Virus record (IMG/VR): IMGVR_UViG_3300036760_000005 | Coordinates: 1 to 34,776 of that record | Reading direction: 5' to 3' (one strand) | Length of the DNA stretch: 34,776 nucleotides | DNA from: a virus | Lineage: Duplodnaviria > Caudoviricetes | In this document: piece by piece, positions 26,551 to 34,776 of the stretch | How the letters are laid out: every line of letters starts with the position of its first letter | How positions within the stretch are numbered: position 1 is the stretch's first letter | Notes under the pieces: model-generated | The model's database searches: none | The model's input: only the letters and a program-made list of their open reading frames with translations | What the model was told of the DNA's origin: nothing | Translations under genes and position numbers: made by a program

Positions 26551-28986
26551 ATGTCTGACTCTTGCTTGCAACGCAAAACCTCTGGCCAGACGAAGGTCGC
26601 CGCTTCTTCCGGCATCTCGATTTTCCTACTTGAGGAACTTGGGGATGCCCGGTTGCGCTGTGCTCAACTCAAAAAGTACATCGATGAGGCAGTCAAGCTC
26701 ATCGAGAAGTCGGGTGAGCGGGACCACTTCTTTGAGGTAGCGGCGCATTTGATTCACGGGATCCCTGACACGCTGCTTCGTATGGACAAGGCGTTGACCG
26801 CTGCGGCCATGGCGGCGGCCAAGATGGACTACGAGGATAACAAGGACGACATTCGTCCTGAAAAGATTGAAGAACTGGATCGGGCTATGGAGGACGTTCG
26901 GGTCCGTAGGGTTCAGCGTCGTTCAGAGGACAAACAAGGGAGTGCGGGCATGAAGATACCTGAGGCTGTAGCGCGTTTAGAGCACCTGGCGGCTTCGATT
27001 GAAGCCACGGGCACCGTCAACGCTTCTGAGTTGTCGGACCTCATCGTGAGCCTTGAGGGGCAGAGCGTGAAGAAGGCTTCGGCGACTACGGAGATTGCGG
27101 ATGTACTTCGCACCCTCTCGGCCAGCCTGCTGGATACGAGTGACCCTGAGAACAAGCCTAGCCGCGTGTTGCTGGCTGCAACGCTTCGGCGGGTTCTGGG
27201 GGACACGGTGGACCTCAAGACAGCGGCGTTTGGTCCTCTCAAGGTCCGTAACCGAGAGCATGGGTCCGGGGTTGCGGCGGATGACTTTACGGCAGCGCTG
27301 AATCAAGCGGCCGAGAACCTGTACGTGTGTCGTGGGGTGAATGATGCGGCCCAGACTGCTGTGGACGATGCTTTGACCGGCAGGATTGCTCGTATCGGGC
27401 CTCTCACTGGTATGCCCAACCAGGTCATCGCGGTAGCGGAGAAGGTGAAAAAGAGCGCTTACGCCCTTCGCTTCGCTATGGGTGACGTTGCGAACGATTG
27501 GGAACACCTGGCCCGCTTGGTGAAGAAGGCGCTCCCTGAGGCTGAGCGCTACGACGTGAAGTACGCGGCAGAGCCCCTGGCTGACGATACCAAGGAATCT
27601 AGGTTCGAGGAAGGCAAGCCTGCGGATCCCACCAAGCAGATGGATCCGGATGACGCCAAGAAGTGGAAGCAGAACACTGAGGAACACAAGGACGACTTCA
27701 AGACCGCCGCTTCATCGTACGGCGGTGACCCTCGTTGGATCCACGCCAAGTACCCTGGTAAGTCCAGGGATGGCACGGCCTTCAAGAAGGGCGATCTTGT
27801 GCTCTATTGGCCTTCTGACAAGTCCTTCGACGTTGGGGACAAGGCTGAGACTGCCTGGAAGCGCTTTGAGTCTGAGGTTGAAGACGAGGATGTCTACAAC
27901 AACTCTCGGATGGCCAACACGTTGGCCGATCAGTTGATTGAGTCCAGGTTCGAGGAAGGCAAGCCCGCAGATCCCACGGAGAACATGGATCCGGAGGACG
28001 CCAAGAAGTGGAAGACCGAGCACGACAAGAACAAGGACAACTTCAAGGCCGCTTCTCGCATTGTCCCGATTGAGGAAGCCAAGAAGGGTGACATGGTGGA
28101 GAGTGAGTTGGGCGTGCCGTGGCCGAAGGACTCTAAGAAAGAGAAGTTCACCGGCAAGGTCGTGCGCGTGAAGTCCGATGGGACGGTGACGGTAGACTTT
28201 ACGAAGGGCAGCTCGAATCCCGACGGGCACTCTAACGAGGACGTTGGGGACGTCGATATCCGTTTGCCGAAGAAGACGGCTTCTGAGGACGAGGAAAAGC
28301 TGTCACGCTTCGAGGAAGGCAAGCCTGCGGATCCGACCAAGCAGATGAGCCCCGAGGATGCCAAGAAGTGGAAGCAGCAGACCGAAGAACACAAGGACGA
28401 GTTCAAGACCGCCGCCGGGGATATTGAGTATGTAATTTGGGGGATCCCACCCGGTGAGCACCACGAGAACGTGCTTTACACAAAAGCCGAAAGTATGGCT
28501 GAGGCCAAAAAGGTCATCACGGTTCTTGAGACTAAGCATGGCTGTACAAAGTGTCGCGTTCAGGTGCTGGACTTAACCAAAGCACCTGATTTCAGCAAAA
28601 TCTTCAAGGCTGCTTCGGACCCCTGGAAGGTAGAGGCTGCTTCTGGTCCGAGTCCCAGCGGCTCCAACTGGAAGGAGATCAAGGGGTTTTCCAGTCACGC
28701 AGAGATGTTCCAAGGCCGCCCTGTCCAGACTTGGTCGTGGGATAGTCCTACGGTCGCCTTCGCGGTCCAAGAGTTTGCGGGGCCCGGGATCCCGCTTTAC
28801 TCGTTAGAGATGGTGGCGACTATCGGGGGTACGGAGTACAAACTTCAAACCCGCCGTCCTCCGCAGTTCAAGAAGCCTCAGGACGCCTTCAAGTTCGCGG
28901 CGGTTTGGTACAAGATGATCGACGCCTTCGAGAACGGTGGCGGGGTTGGCCTCGACCTCACTACCGATTGGAAGCCGAAGGCCTGA
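26551..28986 (+). CDS. Modular repeat-containing protein (~811 aa), candidate polyprotein/internal head protein
   Basis: Long ORF (track TTG 26533, ATG at 26551). A helical N-terminal region is followed by three 38-aa repeats interleaved with unrelated domains. Confidence 0.85.
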   Translation: MSDSCLQRKTSGQTKVAASSGISIFLLEELGDARLRCAQLKKYIDEAVKLIEKSGERDHFFEVAAHLIHGIPDTLLRMDKALTAAAMAAAKMDYEDNKDDIRPEKIEELDRAMEDVRVRRVQRRSEDKQGSAGMKIPEAVARLEHLAASIEATGTVNASELSDLIVSLEGQSVKKASATTEIADVLRTLSASLLDTSDPENKPSRVLLAATLRRVLGDTVDLKTAAFGPLKVRNREHGSGVAADDFTAALNQAAENLYVCRGVNDAAQTAVDDALTGRIARIGPLTGMPNQVIAVAEKVKKSAYALRFAMGDVANDWEHLARLVKKALPEAERYDVKYAAEPLADDTKESRFEEGKPADPTKQMDPDDAKKWKQNTEEHKDDFKTAASSYGGDPRWIHAKYPGKSRDGTAFKKGDLVLYWPSDKSFDVGDKAETAWKRFESEVEDEDVYNNSRMANTLADQLIESRFEEGKPADPTENMDPEDAKKWKTEHDKNKDNFKAASRIVPIEEAKKGDMVESELGVPWPKDSKKEKFTGKVVRVKSDGTVTVDFTKGSSNPDGHSNEDVGDVDIRLPKKTASEDEEKLSRFEEGKPADPTKQMSPEDAKKWKQQTEEHKDEFKTAAGDIEYVIWGIPPGEHHENVLYTKAESMAEAKKVITVLETKHGCTKCRVQVLDLTKAPDFSKIFKAASDPWKVEAASGPSPSGSNWKEIKGFSSHAEMFQGRPVQTWSWDSPTVAFAVQEFAGPGIPLYSLEMVATIGGTEYKLQTRRPPQFKKPQDAFKFAAVWYKMIDAFENGGGVGLDLTTDWKPKA
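27598..28416 (+). repeat. Three dispersed 114-nt in-frame repeats (27598-27711, 27943-28056, 28303-28416)
   Basis: They encode SRFEEGKPADPTxxMxPxDAKKWKxxxxxxKDxFK[T/A]A[A/S]. Confidence 0.95.
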
Positions 28987-28989
28987 AAC

Positions 28990-29436
28990 GTGCGTGGGCC
29001 ATCGCTACAGCAGCCCCTTGTATCTAGGCCCGCTTACGGTGAAGGTCGAGGCACAGTTGCGGAATCTGGGTTGCCCGGCGGGGGCCCTTCCAATAAGGGC
29101 CTGCCCTTAGACTCAGGGATCCCGGGGTCTGCCACCTTCAACAAGCCGTCAGGGGAGGAAGCTCGGGATTTCGACAAGGGTAAGGACGAATCCATCTACC
29201 GGACGGACAACGCCGATGACTTGCTGACCGATCGGGATCGTATAGACACCCGTGAGGACAACGCCAAAAAGGAAAACGGCGTCAGCTATATGCCGACTAG
29301 TGAGTGGGACAGCTCAACCAAGACAAAATACCCGTACCGCGATGGAATTCCCAATACACACAGTTCCGTAGATATGGGTAGGGTGGCACTTCGCGTTTTG
29401 GCTAGATGGGAAGAGGCCAACTATGGGCGATCATAG
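28990..29436 (+). CDS. Hypothetical acidic/Gly-rich protein with a C-terminal RVLARW motif
   Basis: GTG start 3 nt after the upstream stop, typical codon usage, and an overlap with the next gene. Confidence 0.7.
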   Translation: MRGPSLQQPLVSRPAYGEGRGTVAESGLPGGGPSNKGLPLDSGIPGSATFNKPSGEEARDFDKGKDESIYRTDNADDLLTDRDRIDTREDNAKKENGVSYMPTSEWDSSTKTKYPYRDGIPNTHSSVDMGRVALRVLARWEEANYGRS

Positions 29437-30367
29437 TTACCTATATAAGGTCATCAACCTAGAGACTGGGAAGTGCTACGTGGGTTGCACAAGTAACTCT
29501 GTGGGTAAGCGGTGGCGTCAACATCTCAGTGTAGCTAGGCAAGGTAAGGGGTCATATCTACATGCTGCCATACGAAAGTATGGGGAACAATCGTTTGCTT
29601 GTGTGGTGTTAGAAATAGTACGCGGAAGTAAGGATGAGTTGTTCCGTTTGGAGATGACAGCGATCTCTGAGCATAAAAGCCTGGTTCCAAACGGCTACAA
29701 TCTGACTCCTGGAGGAGAAGGCGTAGATTTCTCATCTCCTGAGATTCGGGCACGTCATAAAGTCAAGCTAGCGGAGTCTAGAGCGCAAAACCCTAGCTGG
29801 GTAGAGCAGGTAGCAAACGCTAGGCAGAAAGCCTTGTTGGCTTTGCACGATAAACGAGTGGCGAGTGACCTGCGTCTCAATCCCTTAGAGTTAGAGCAAC
29901 TCGAAAAGGAGAGGGCAGTTTGGAGGGCTAGTGAGGTGAGGAGAAGGCAGCCCGGTTATAGACCAGAGCTAAACCTTCAGTCCGCTAACGCCACCAAACT
30001 TAAATCCAGGATAGAGAACGATGCGACATTACAGCCTGCGGTTTTGGATCGACGCTTAAAAGATCGTGCAAGGAAGAAAGCACCTAAGAAGCCGTTATCT
30101 CCTACCTGGAGATTGGAAGCATTAAGTCGTGCCAACTTGTCAACGGTCATTAAAGTGGCAGAGCGCGATGCACAGCTATCTACCGAGGAACTCTCCAGAC
30201 GTTCTAAACAGAGAGCCTATTCCCGAGTGTCCAGAGCGAGAAAAGCAAAGGGGGTAACTGCTCAACAGGAAAGAGATAGCCAGTTGCCTCCTGAAGAGTT
30301 GGCTAGGCGACTAAAAATCAGGGCCTACGATAGGGGTGCTAGGGCTAAAAGGGGAGGGCAGTTATGA
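29423..30367 (+). CDS. GIY-YIG homing endonuclease
   Basis: YLY...GKCYVG, KRWRQH, AIRKYG...F, conserved Glu and NGYNLTPGG. It has a basic repeated C-terminus and AT-rich codons. Confidence 0.9.
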   Translation: MGDHSYLYKVINLETGKCYVGCTSNSVGKRWRQHLSVARQGKGSYLHAAIRKYGEQSFACVVLEIVRGSKDELFRLEMTAISEHKSLVPNGYNLTPGGEGVDFSSPEIRARHKVKLAESRAQNPSWVEQVANARQKALLALHDKRVASDLRLNPLELEQLEKERAVWRASEVRRRQPGYRPELNLQSANATKLKSRIENDATLQPAVLDRRLKDRARKKAPKKPLSPTWRLEALSRANLSTVIKVAERDAQLSTEELSRRSKQRAYSRVSRARKAKGVTAQQERDSQLPPEELARRLKIRAYDRGARAKRGGQL

Positions 30368-30885
30368 TATCTGGGCCCTCAAACGACAGTGCCTCAGCGG
30401 AGTTTGTGGTGGGGTTGTGGAGGCTAGCTTCTGCACATGCTCTAAGGGTAGCTCCAGAGGCTCTGCTCAAGGTTGCTTCTAGGCCTGAGGAAATACTGGC
30501 TGGCCTCAACCCTAAGTTCTCAGAGCGGGCTAGGCAGTGTTCTGTGAGTTTGAAGCGTGCTGACATCAAGAACTTGCGGTGGATCTTTTCTGTGGATCAC
30601 GGGAACGGGCCGAAGGTTGTTAAGGTCAAAGCGTTCAGGGAACGTAGCCCTAACATCACGAAGCTGTCTAAGATGGATCTTGATCTGTCCTGTAGTTGCC
30701 AGGCATGGCGCTTTCTTGGGCCTGAGCATCACGCTAAGACCGAGGACTACCTGGATGGGAAACCCAGGGGGACGGCTTCAGTCCCTGTAATTCGAGACCA
30801 GGAAATGCATAACTTTGTCTGTAAGCACGTGGCCGCAGTGCTCCTCCACACTAAATCTTGGGACATTGCCAAGAAGAAAAAATAG
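30364..30885 (+). CDS. SWIM-type zinc finger protein
   Basis: CSC...VCKH (CxC-xn-CxH) signature and an ATGA overlap with the upstream gene. Confidence 0.75.
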   Translation: MISGPSNDSASAEFVVGLWRLASAHALRVAPEALLKVASRPEEILAGLNPKFSERARQCSVSLKRADIKNLRWIFSVDHGNGPKVVKVKAFRERSPNITKLSKMDLDLSCSCQAWRFLGPEHHAKTEDYLDGKPRGTASVPVIRDQEMHNFVCKHVAAVLLHTKSWDIAKKKK

Positions 30886-30898
30886 ATTGGATCAAACA

Positions 30899-31354
30899 AT
30901 GCCCGTATACGGAACACAGTGCGTCAAGTGTCAGAAGACTGAAGAACGCCGCCTAACCTTTCAGCAGTACGATGCTGTGAAAGATGGGGAGGCTTTGATC
31001 TGCTCAGATGAGTGCCAGGGTCCGGTAGGACTAGTGTTCGACCCCACGGATGTGAGCTTCGTCCTCAAGGATGGGGAGTCCGGGGGTTTCACCAGCAAAG
31101 CCATCAAAGAGAACGCTTACCGGGCTAAGCGGCGTACCCTGATGGCGCAACGTGAGCGGGATCACGTTCGTCCAAACAAGCTTCTGCCCAATTTTCAAGG
31201 CAAACCCGCTGCATCTTGGGCAGATGCCAAGGATGCGGCTTACCAGTCTACCTATGACAAGGTGAAGGGTGAGCACGGGGCCAAGGACGCCGCAGTCGCG
31301 GCCTCCGAAAGTGCTAAAACCTACGATCGCTATGTGAAGCAAGAGGTAACATGA
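30899..31354 (+). CDS. FmdB-like zinc-ribbon protein
   Basis: MPVYxxxCxxC...CxxxC N-terminus followed by FVLK...GGF. Confidence 0.7.
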   Translation: MPVYGTQCVKCQKTEERRLTFQQYDAVKDGEALICSDECQGPVGLVFDPTDVSFVLKDGESGGFTSKAIKENAYRAKRRTLMAQRERDHVRPNKLLPNFQGKPAASWADAKDAAYQSTYDKVKGEHGAKDAAVAASESAKTYDRYVKQEVT

Positions 31355-31986
31355 ACCGCCTATTTTCAGTTCGGCGTAGACGTCCCAACATCGTAGATAT
31401 CGACACGCCGAAAGTGTACGGCGTGGATGGGTACCGACTCAAATGGGACACAAACTTCGATGGGGCCTTCGCCACCACATTTTTGACGTCCACGAACGTC
31501 GGATTCTTGGATGATGCGGTAAACCGCAATGTCATCGAGACCCAGCCGGTAACGGACAAGGTGCGGATTGTCTTCAATCCGGCGACCTACTCGATCACCG
31601 ACACATTGCCTTTCTGGCTCAAGTTCGTTCAGGTCATCGGGGGCGTAGAGCAGACCCCGGGTGCCCCGACGTTGGTCCTACCGGACGCCTCCCACCATGG
31701 TGTGGGTCTGGTGACGATCCACGGGGACGCTCCGAGTGGTGCCACAGTGGCCAATTCTCTCCAAATCGATCTACCTATGCTCATGCAGGATTTCAGGGTT
31801 CATAACGAATCTACTGCAAGGGATTTGTATCTTGCCACAGAGGCAAATGGCCCTGAGGTGATGGTTCCGAAGTCGTCTGACATTCAATCTTTGAGCTTCT
31901 TGGCTACACAGGGGTCTATCTATGTCCGCAGTCTAGGAGGTACCGCCACATTCTCGCTGTCGTTCACGTTGGCCTTCCCTCGCTAA
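31351..31986 (+). CDS. Beta-rich hypothetical protein, probable virion structural protein
   Basis: GAGG RBS, ATGA overlap, and Thr/Val-rich beta-strand composition. Confidence 0.7.
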   Translation: MNRLFSVRRRRPNIVDIDTPKVYGVDGYRLKWDTNFDGAFATTFLTSTNVGFLDDAVNRNVIETQPVTDKVRIVFNPATYSITDTLPFWLKFVQVIGGVEQTPGAPTLVLPDASHHGVGLVTIHGDAPSGATVANSLQIDLPMLMQDFRVHNESTARDLYLATEANGPEVMVPKSSDIQSLSFLATQGSIYVRSLGGTATFSLSFTLAFPR

Positions 31987-32013
31987 GGGTAAGAACGAGT
32001 AAAGGTTGGTCGT

Positions 32014-32340
32014 GTGTATCTCATCAATCAACTATCCTTGCAGGTTGCGCAGCAGCTATTCATAGCTGCGAACCGCTATCGCGTAGGACAGAACTTGGTG
32101 GGTCTCAAGAATGGAGTTAATCTAACGTACCGCACGCCAGGTTTGGAGAAGTTCGCGCACAACCTGCCCTTCCTGGACATCTCGGTCTACTTCAACGGCA
32201 GTCGTCTAGCGCTGCTTGATGACTATATGGTCATGGAATCTGGGGGCTTTGGGACGGGGTTCGACACGATCGTTTTGGCGGTACCGCCCCCGTTGTCGAA
32301 TGATCACCTTCTCGCTGACTACATTTTGCAGGTGCCGTGA
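32014..32340 (+). CDS. Small virion protein, paralogous to the C-terminal domain of the next gene
   Basis: LVGxxNGxN...IxVxxNGxRL...DYxVxESGGxxTGxDTI motif shared with 32340-32870. Confidence 0.75.
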   Translation: MYLINQLSLQVAQQLFIAANRYRVGQNLVGLKNGVNLTYRTPGLEKFAHNLPFLDISVYFNGSRLALLDDYMVMESGGFGTGFDTIVLAVPPPLSNDHLLADYILQVP

Positions 32341-32870
32341 TGGCAATAACCCTCAAGCGCTACAACAGTATCCGCCGAACGGATGATGTAGACGATCAGC
32401 AGGGTTCCCCGGCCATCCTGGGCGCACTTGTTGCGTCCACGACTCAAGAGGAACTGCAAGTTTTCTTTCTGAGTCGTTTGCGCCAGGTCATCTTCGGCGA
32501 GACCAGCGTTGAGCACTGGTATGACGATTTCCTGGGCGACGGGATCCTGAGCCTCAAGGACCTGTCCGTAGGGGCCGGGGTGCAGCTCGTTCGCGTTGGG
32601 GTTCCTTTAGTAGGCCCGCTTGATGGTACGAACCGTGTTTTTCGCACGACCCCCGACCATTTTGTTCACGACTTGAGCGGTAGTGGGAAAACGATTGAGG
32701 TCTGGCACAACGGTAGACGACTGGTTCAGACCGCGACGCAGAATCCAGGTGTCGGTGATTACTGGGTAGAAGAATCCGGCGGCGTAAGTACAGGGTACGA
32801 CACAATAAACCTTTTGACATTTTCCCCTGTTGGTAGATCAACCCTTGTGGCCAACTACCAACGGGTCTGA
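32340..32870 (+). CDS. Virion protein (tail/baseplate-associated candidate)
   Basis: TGATG overlap with the upstream gene and the same domain in its C-terminal half. Confidence 0.75.
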   Translation: MAITLKRYNSIRRTDDVDDQQGSPAILGALVASTTQEELQVFFLSRLRQVIFGETSVEHWYDDFLGDGILSLKDLSVGAGVQLVRVGVPLVGPLDGTNRVFRTTPDHFVHDLSGSGKTIEVWHNGRRLVQTATQNPGVGDYWVEESGGVSTGYDTINLLTFSPVGRSTLVANYQRV

Positions 32871-32887
32871 ATTAGGGAGTTTCAATC

Positions 32888-34776
32888 ATGGCGCAGTTCT
32901 CTCGGTATAATGCATTGAGCCAACTTTTGGATGTGGCGGGTTCAGAGCGGCAGGCGGGCGATCGTCTGTTGACCGATGAGACGGGGGGCCTGGGCTCTCC
33001 CATCATCCTGAACTCAGGCGTTGTGGCCACGATCACGGCCTTCGCAAACCCGAACCTCACGGTGGGTGGTTTGACTGGTCAGTCGGCAGCCAGTATCGGC
33101 ACGCTCATCTCGCTCCGGAATGCTGAGAAGGCGGGCAACAACGGCGTTTTCCGTGTCAACGCCAACTCCAGCGCCACGGTCAATATCCTGACTAATGCCA
33201 GCGGGTACTTCCCGGATGGCAACACCGGCAGCTTGATCTGGGAGCAGTACAACGCTGGCATAGCGGCTTCGATCGGTGCTGTGACGTTAGGTATCGTGAC
33301 CATCACGGGCCTCCAGAACATGACCGCGAACTCGGTTGGCGGGTTCATCACGATTTCTGGGGCAGCTTCCGGAGCGAACAACGGGACCTTCCTGATCACT
33401 GAATTCGTCTCGGCCACGAGCGTCAAGTACGCCAACTCTGCCGGTGTGGCTTCGGACGCGAACAACCCGGCTATCGCGTGGGTTGAGCGTCTGCCCTACA
33501 CCCTGAACGATGACTTGGATCTTGAGCGTTCGGACCGTACGTACATCAAGGGCGTCAACTACGACCAGCCGGTCCCGTCCTACACTCGCCCGACTCTCGT
33601 GGGCGTGAACATCCCGGTCAATCTTTCCAACATCGCGGGCAAGACCCTCGATGCCCATGCGAAGTCGATCAACAAGGGGCAGTTCGAGTGGCCCGTAGAG
33701 GTCACCCTCACGAACCTCTACGGAGCTGGCACGCTCAAGCACGCGGACTCCAGTGACACCACGGGTATACCTTGCTTCGATGCTGCCCCGTTCACGAGTG
33801 ACTGGACGAGCTGCTTCGTTCAGGTTGTGGACGAGAACACGGGCGATGAGCTGGAGGTTCAGGCTGGTCCGCAGCAGGGGCAGCGCATCTTTGGTCAGAC
33901 CTACGGGGGTGCTTCAAGTTCACCCAACAGCGTTGAGGTTCGTTGGTACTCGTGTGCCCTGAGCGAGAACATCGCCACCTCATCTACGGCGTACTCTTGG
34001 GAAAAGGGCGCTTCTGAGGCTAAGACCGGCACCACATCCGTGACGGTCGTTCCGGGTGTTTCCCCGGCTTCGGCTCTGACCGGCCTCACAGGCGGCGGTT
34101 TCGTTGCAGGTGACATCGGTACGTTCCTGACGATCACGGGTTCTGCCAACGCGGCGAACAACGGTACCTTCGTGATTCTCTCGGTGCAGTCTGGCACTGC
34201 GGTAACGGTCAGCAATGCGGCTGCGGTTGCCGAAGGTCCGACCGCTGCGGTCACGTGGCTCCAGAAGTGGATGGGGTCCGTCACGGTCGTTGCTGGTGCT
34301 AACGGCGCGATGGCCATCACAGGCCTTACAGCAGGCGGCTTCGTTGGTGGTGACGTGGAGTCTTGGTTGGTTATCAGTGGCCTTGCCAACGGTGCCAACA
34401 ACGGGTCCTTCGTTATCGCTTCGGTTCAATCGGCAACTGCGGTTACGGTGCAGAACCATGCGGCGGTCTCTGAAGGCCCCACTGCTTCGGTCGAGTGGGC
34501 GCAGTACGCCAAGACGCAGCCTACGGTTGTCAACCTGGTCTACGGCTTCAATCAGCGTCTTGACCAGCTTGATCAGAACGCCTGGCGCTTTCCTATGGTT
34601 GGCGGTCTGGTGTCCGATGCGGATCTTCGCCAGGACATCATTGACCTTCAGTCCACGGGCGGTTGGGCTGACGGTACGACCAATCTCTCGACGTACCTCA
34701 CGAACACGGGCTCGTTCTACATCTTCTCCACGCTGCCCGGTGGCGCTGGGGACACTGTAGTTGCAGCTCTCAATGC
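32888..34776 (+). CDS. Large Gly/Ala/Thr/Ser-rich virion protein (tail/fibre-like), truncated by the window end
   Basis: Not in the ORF track because it has no stop in the window. GGGAG RBS, ATG at 32888, open for at least 629 codons on manual translation (MAQFSRYNALSQLLDVAGS...), with four NNGxFx[I/V] repeats. Confidence 0.88.
   Translation, partial: MAQFSRYNALSQLLDVAGSERQAGDRLLTDETGGLGSPIILNSGVVATITAFANPNLTVGGLTGQSAASIGTLISLRNAEKAGNNGVFRVNANSSATVNILTNASGYFPDGNTGSLIWEQYNAGIAASIGAVTLGIVTITGLQNMTANSVGGFITISGAASGANNGTFLITEFVSATSVKYANSAGVASDANNPAIAWVERLPYTLNDDLDLERSDRTYIKGVNYDQPVPSYTRPTLVGVNIPVNLSNIAGKTLDAHAKSINKGQFEWPVEVTLTNLYGAGTLKHADSSDTTGIPCFDAAPFTSDWTSCFVQVVDENTGDELEVQAGPQQGQRIFGQTYGGASSSPNSVEVRWYSCALSENIATSSTAYSWEKGASEAKTGTTSVTVVPGVSPASALTGLTGGGFVAGDIGTFLTITGSANAANNGTFVILSVQSGTAVTVSNAAAVAEGPTAAVTWLQKWMGSVTVVAGANGAMAITGLTAGGFVGGDVESWLVISGLANGANNGSFVIASVQSATAVTVQNHAAVSEGPTASVEWAQYAKTQPTVVNLVYGFNQRLDQLDQNAWRFPMVGGLVSDADLRQDIIDLQSTGGWADGTTNLSTYLTNTGSFYIFSTLPGGAGDTVVAALN

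Noticed and set aside
27598-28416. Repeat-spacer-repeat layout resembling a CRISPR array
   Set aside because: The repeats are 114 nt, vary largely at codon level and stay in frame. The spacers are about 230-250 nt of coding sequence, and no cas genes are present.
32872-34760. Short ORFs listed by the track at the right end
   Set aside because: They are superseded by the continuous plus-strand ORF from 32888 that runs off the window.
1-34776. Alternative genetic code (stop-codon reassignment) as seen in some large phages
   Set aside because: Genes are long and tightly packed under the standard code, and TAA, TAG and TGA all end genes next to the following start.
1-34776. tRNA, rRNA or self-splicing intron
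   Set aside because: Intergenic gaps are short and I saw no cloverleaf or intron core by eye. A covariance-model scan would be needed to exclude them fully.

Overview
This window is the head-morphogenesis region of a large, GC-rich (roughly 55-60% by eye) tailed dsDNA phage. All credible genes are on the + strand and use the standard code. The core module is a candidate small terminase, large terminase (6705-8774), portal (11892-13664), prohead protease split by a LAGLIDADG intein (17837-20599), Gln-rich scaffold, cement/decoration protein and HK97-type major capsid protein (22625-23503). Probable tail/surface proteins follow and run off the right edge, including an ORF from 32888 that is missing from the supplied track. 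Seven homing-endonuclease genes or remnants from four families are interspersed. The strongest unexplained signal is a shared peptide grammar across unrelated non-core proteins: [K/R]-x-A-[A/S] sites at domain boundaries, an R-V-[A/L]-x-R-[F/Y/W] motif and a DPWKV[D/E]A motif. It is clearest in the 26551-28986 protein, where three 38-aa repeats alternate with unrelated small domains. I infer a head-packaged, protease-matured modular cargo (polyprotein) system. That interpretation is untested, and all family assignments come from motif recognition without database searches.
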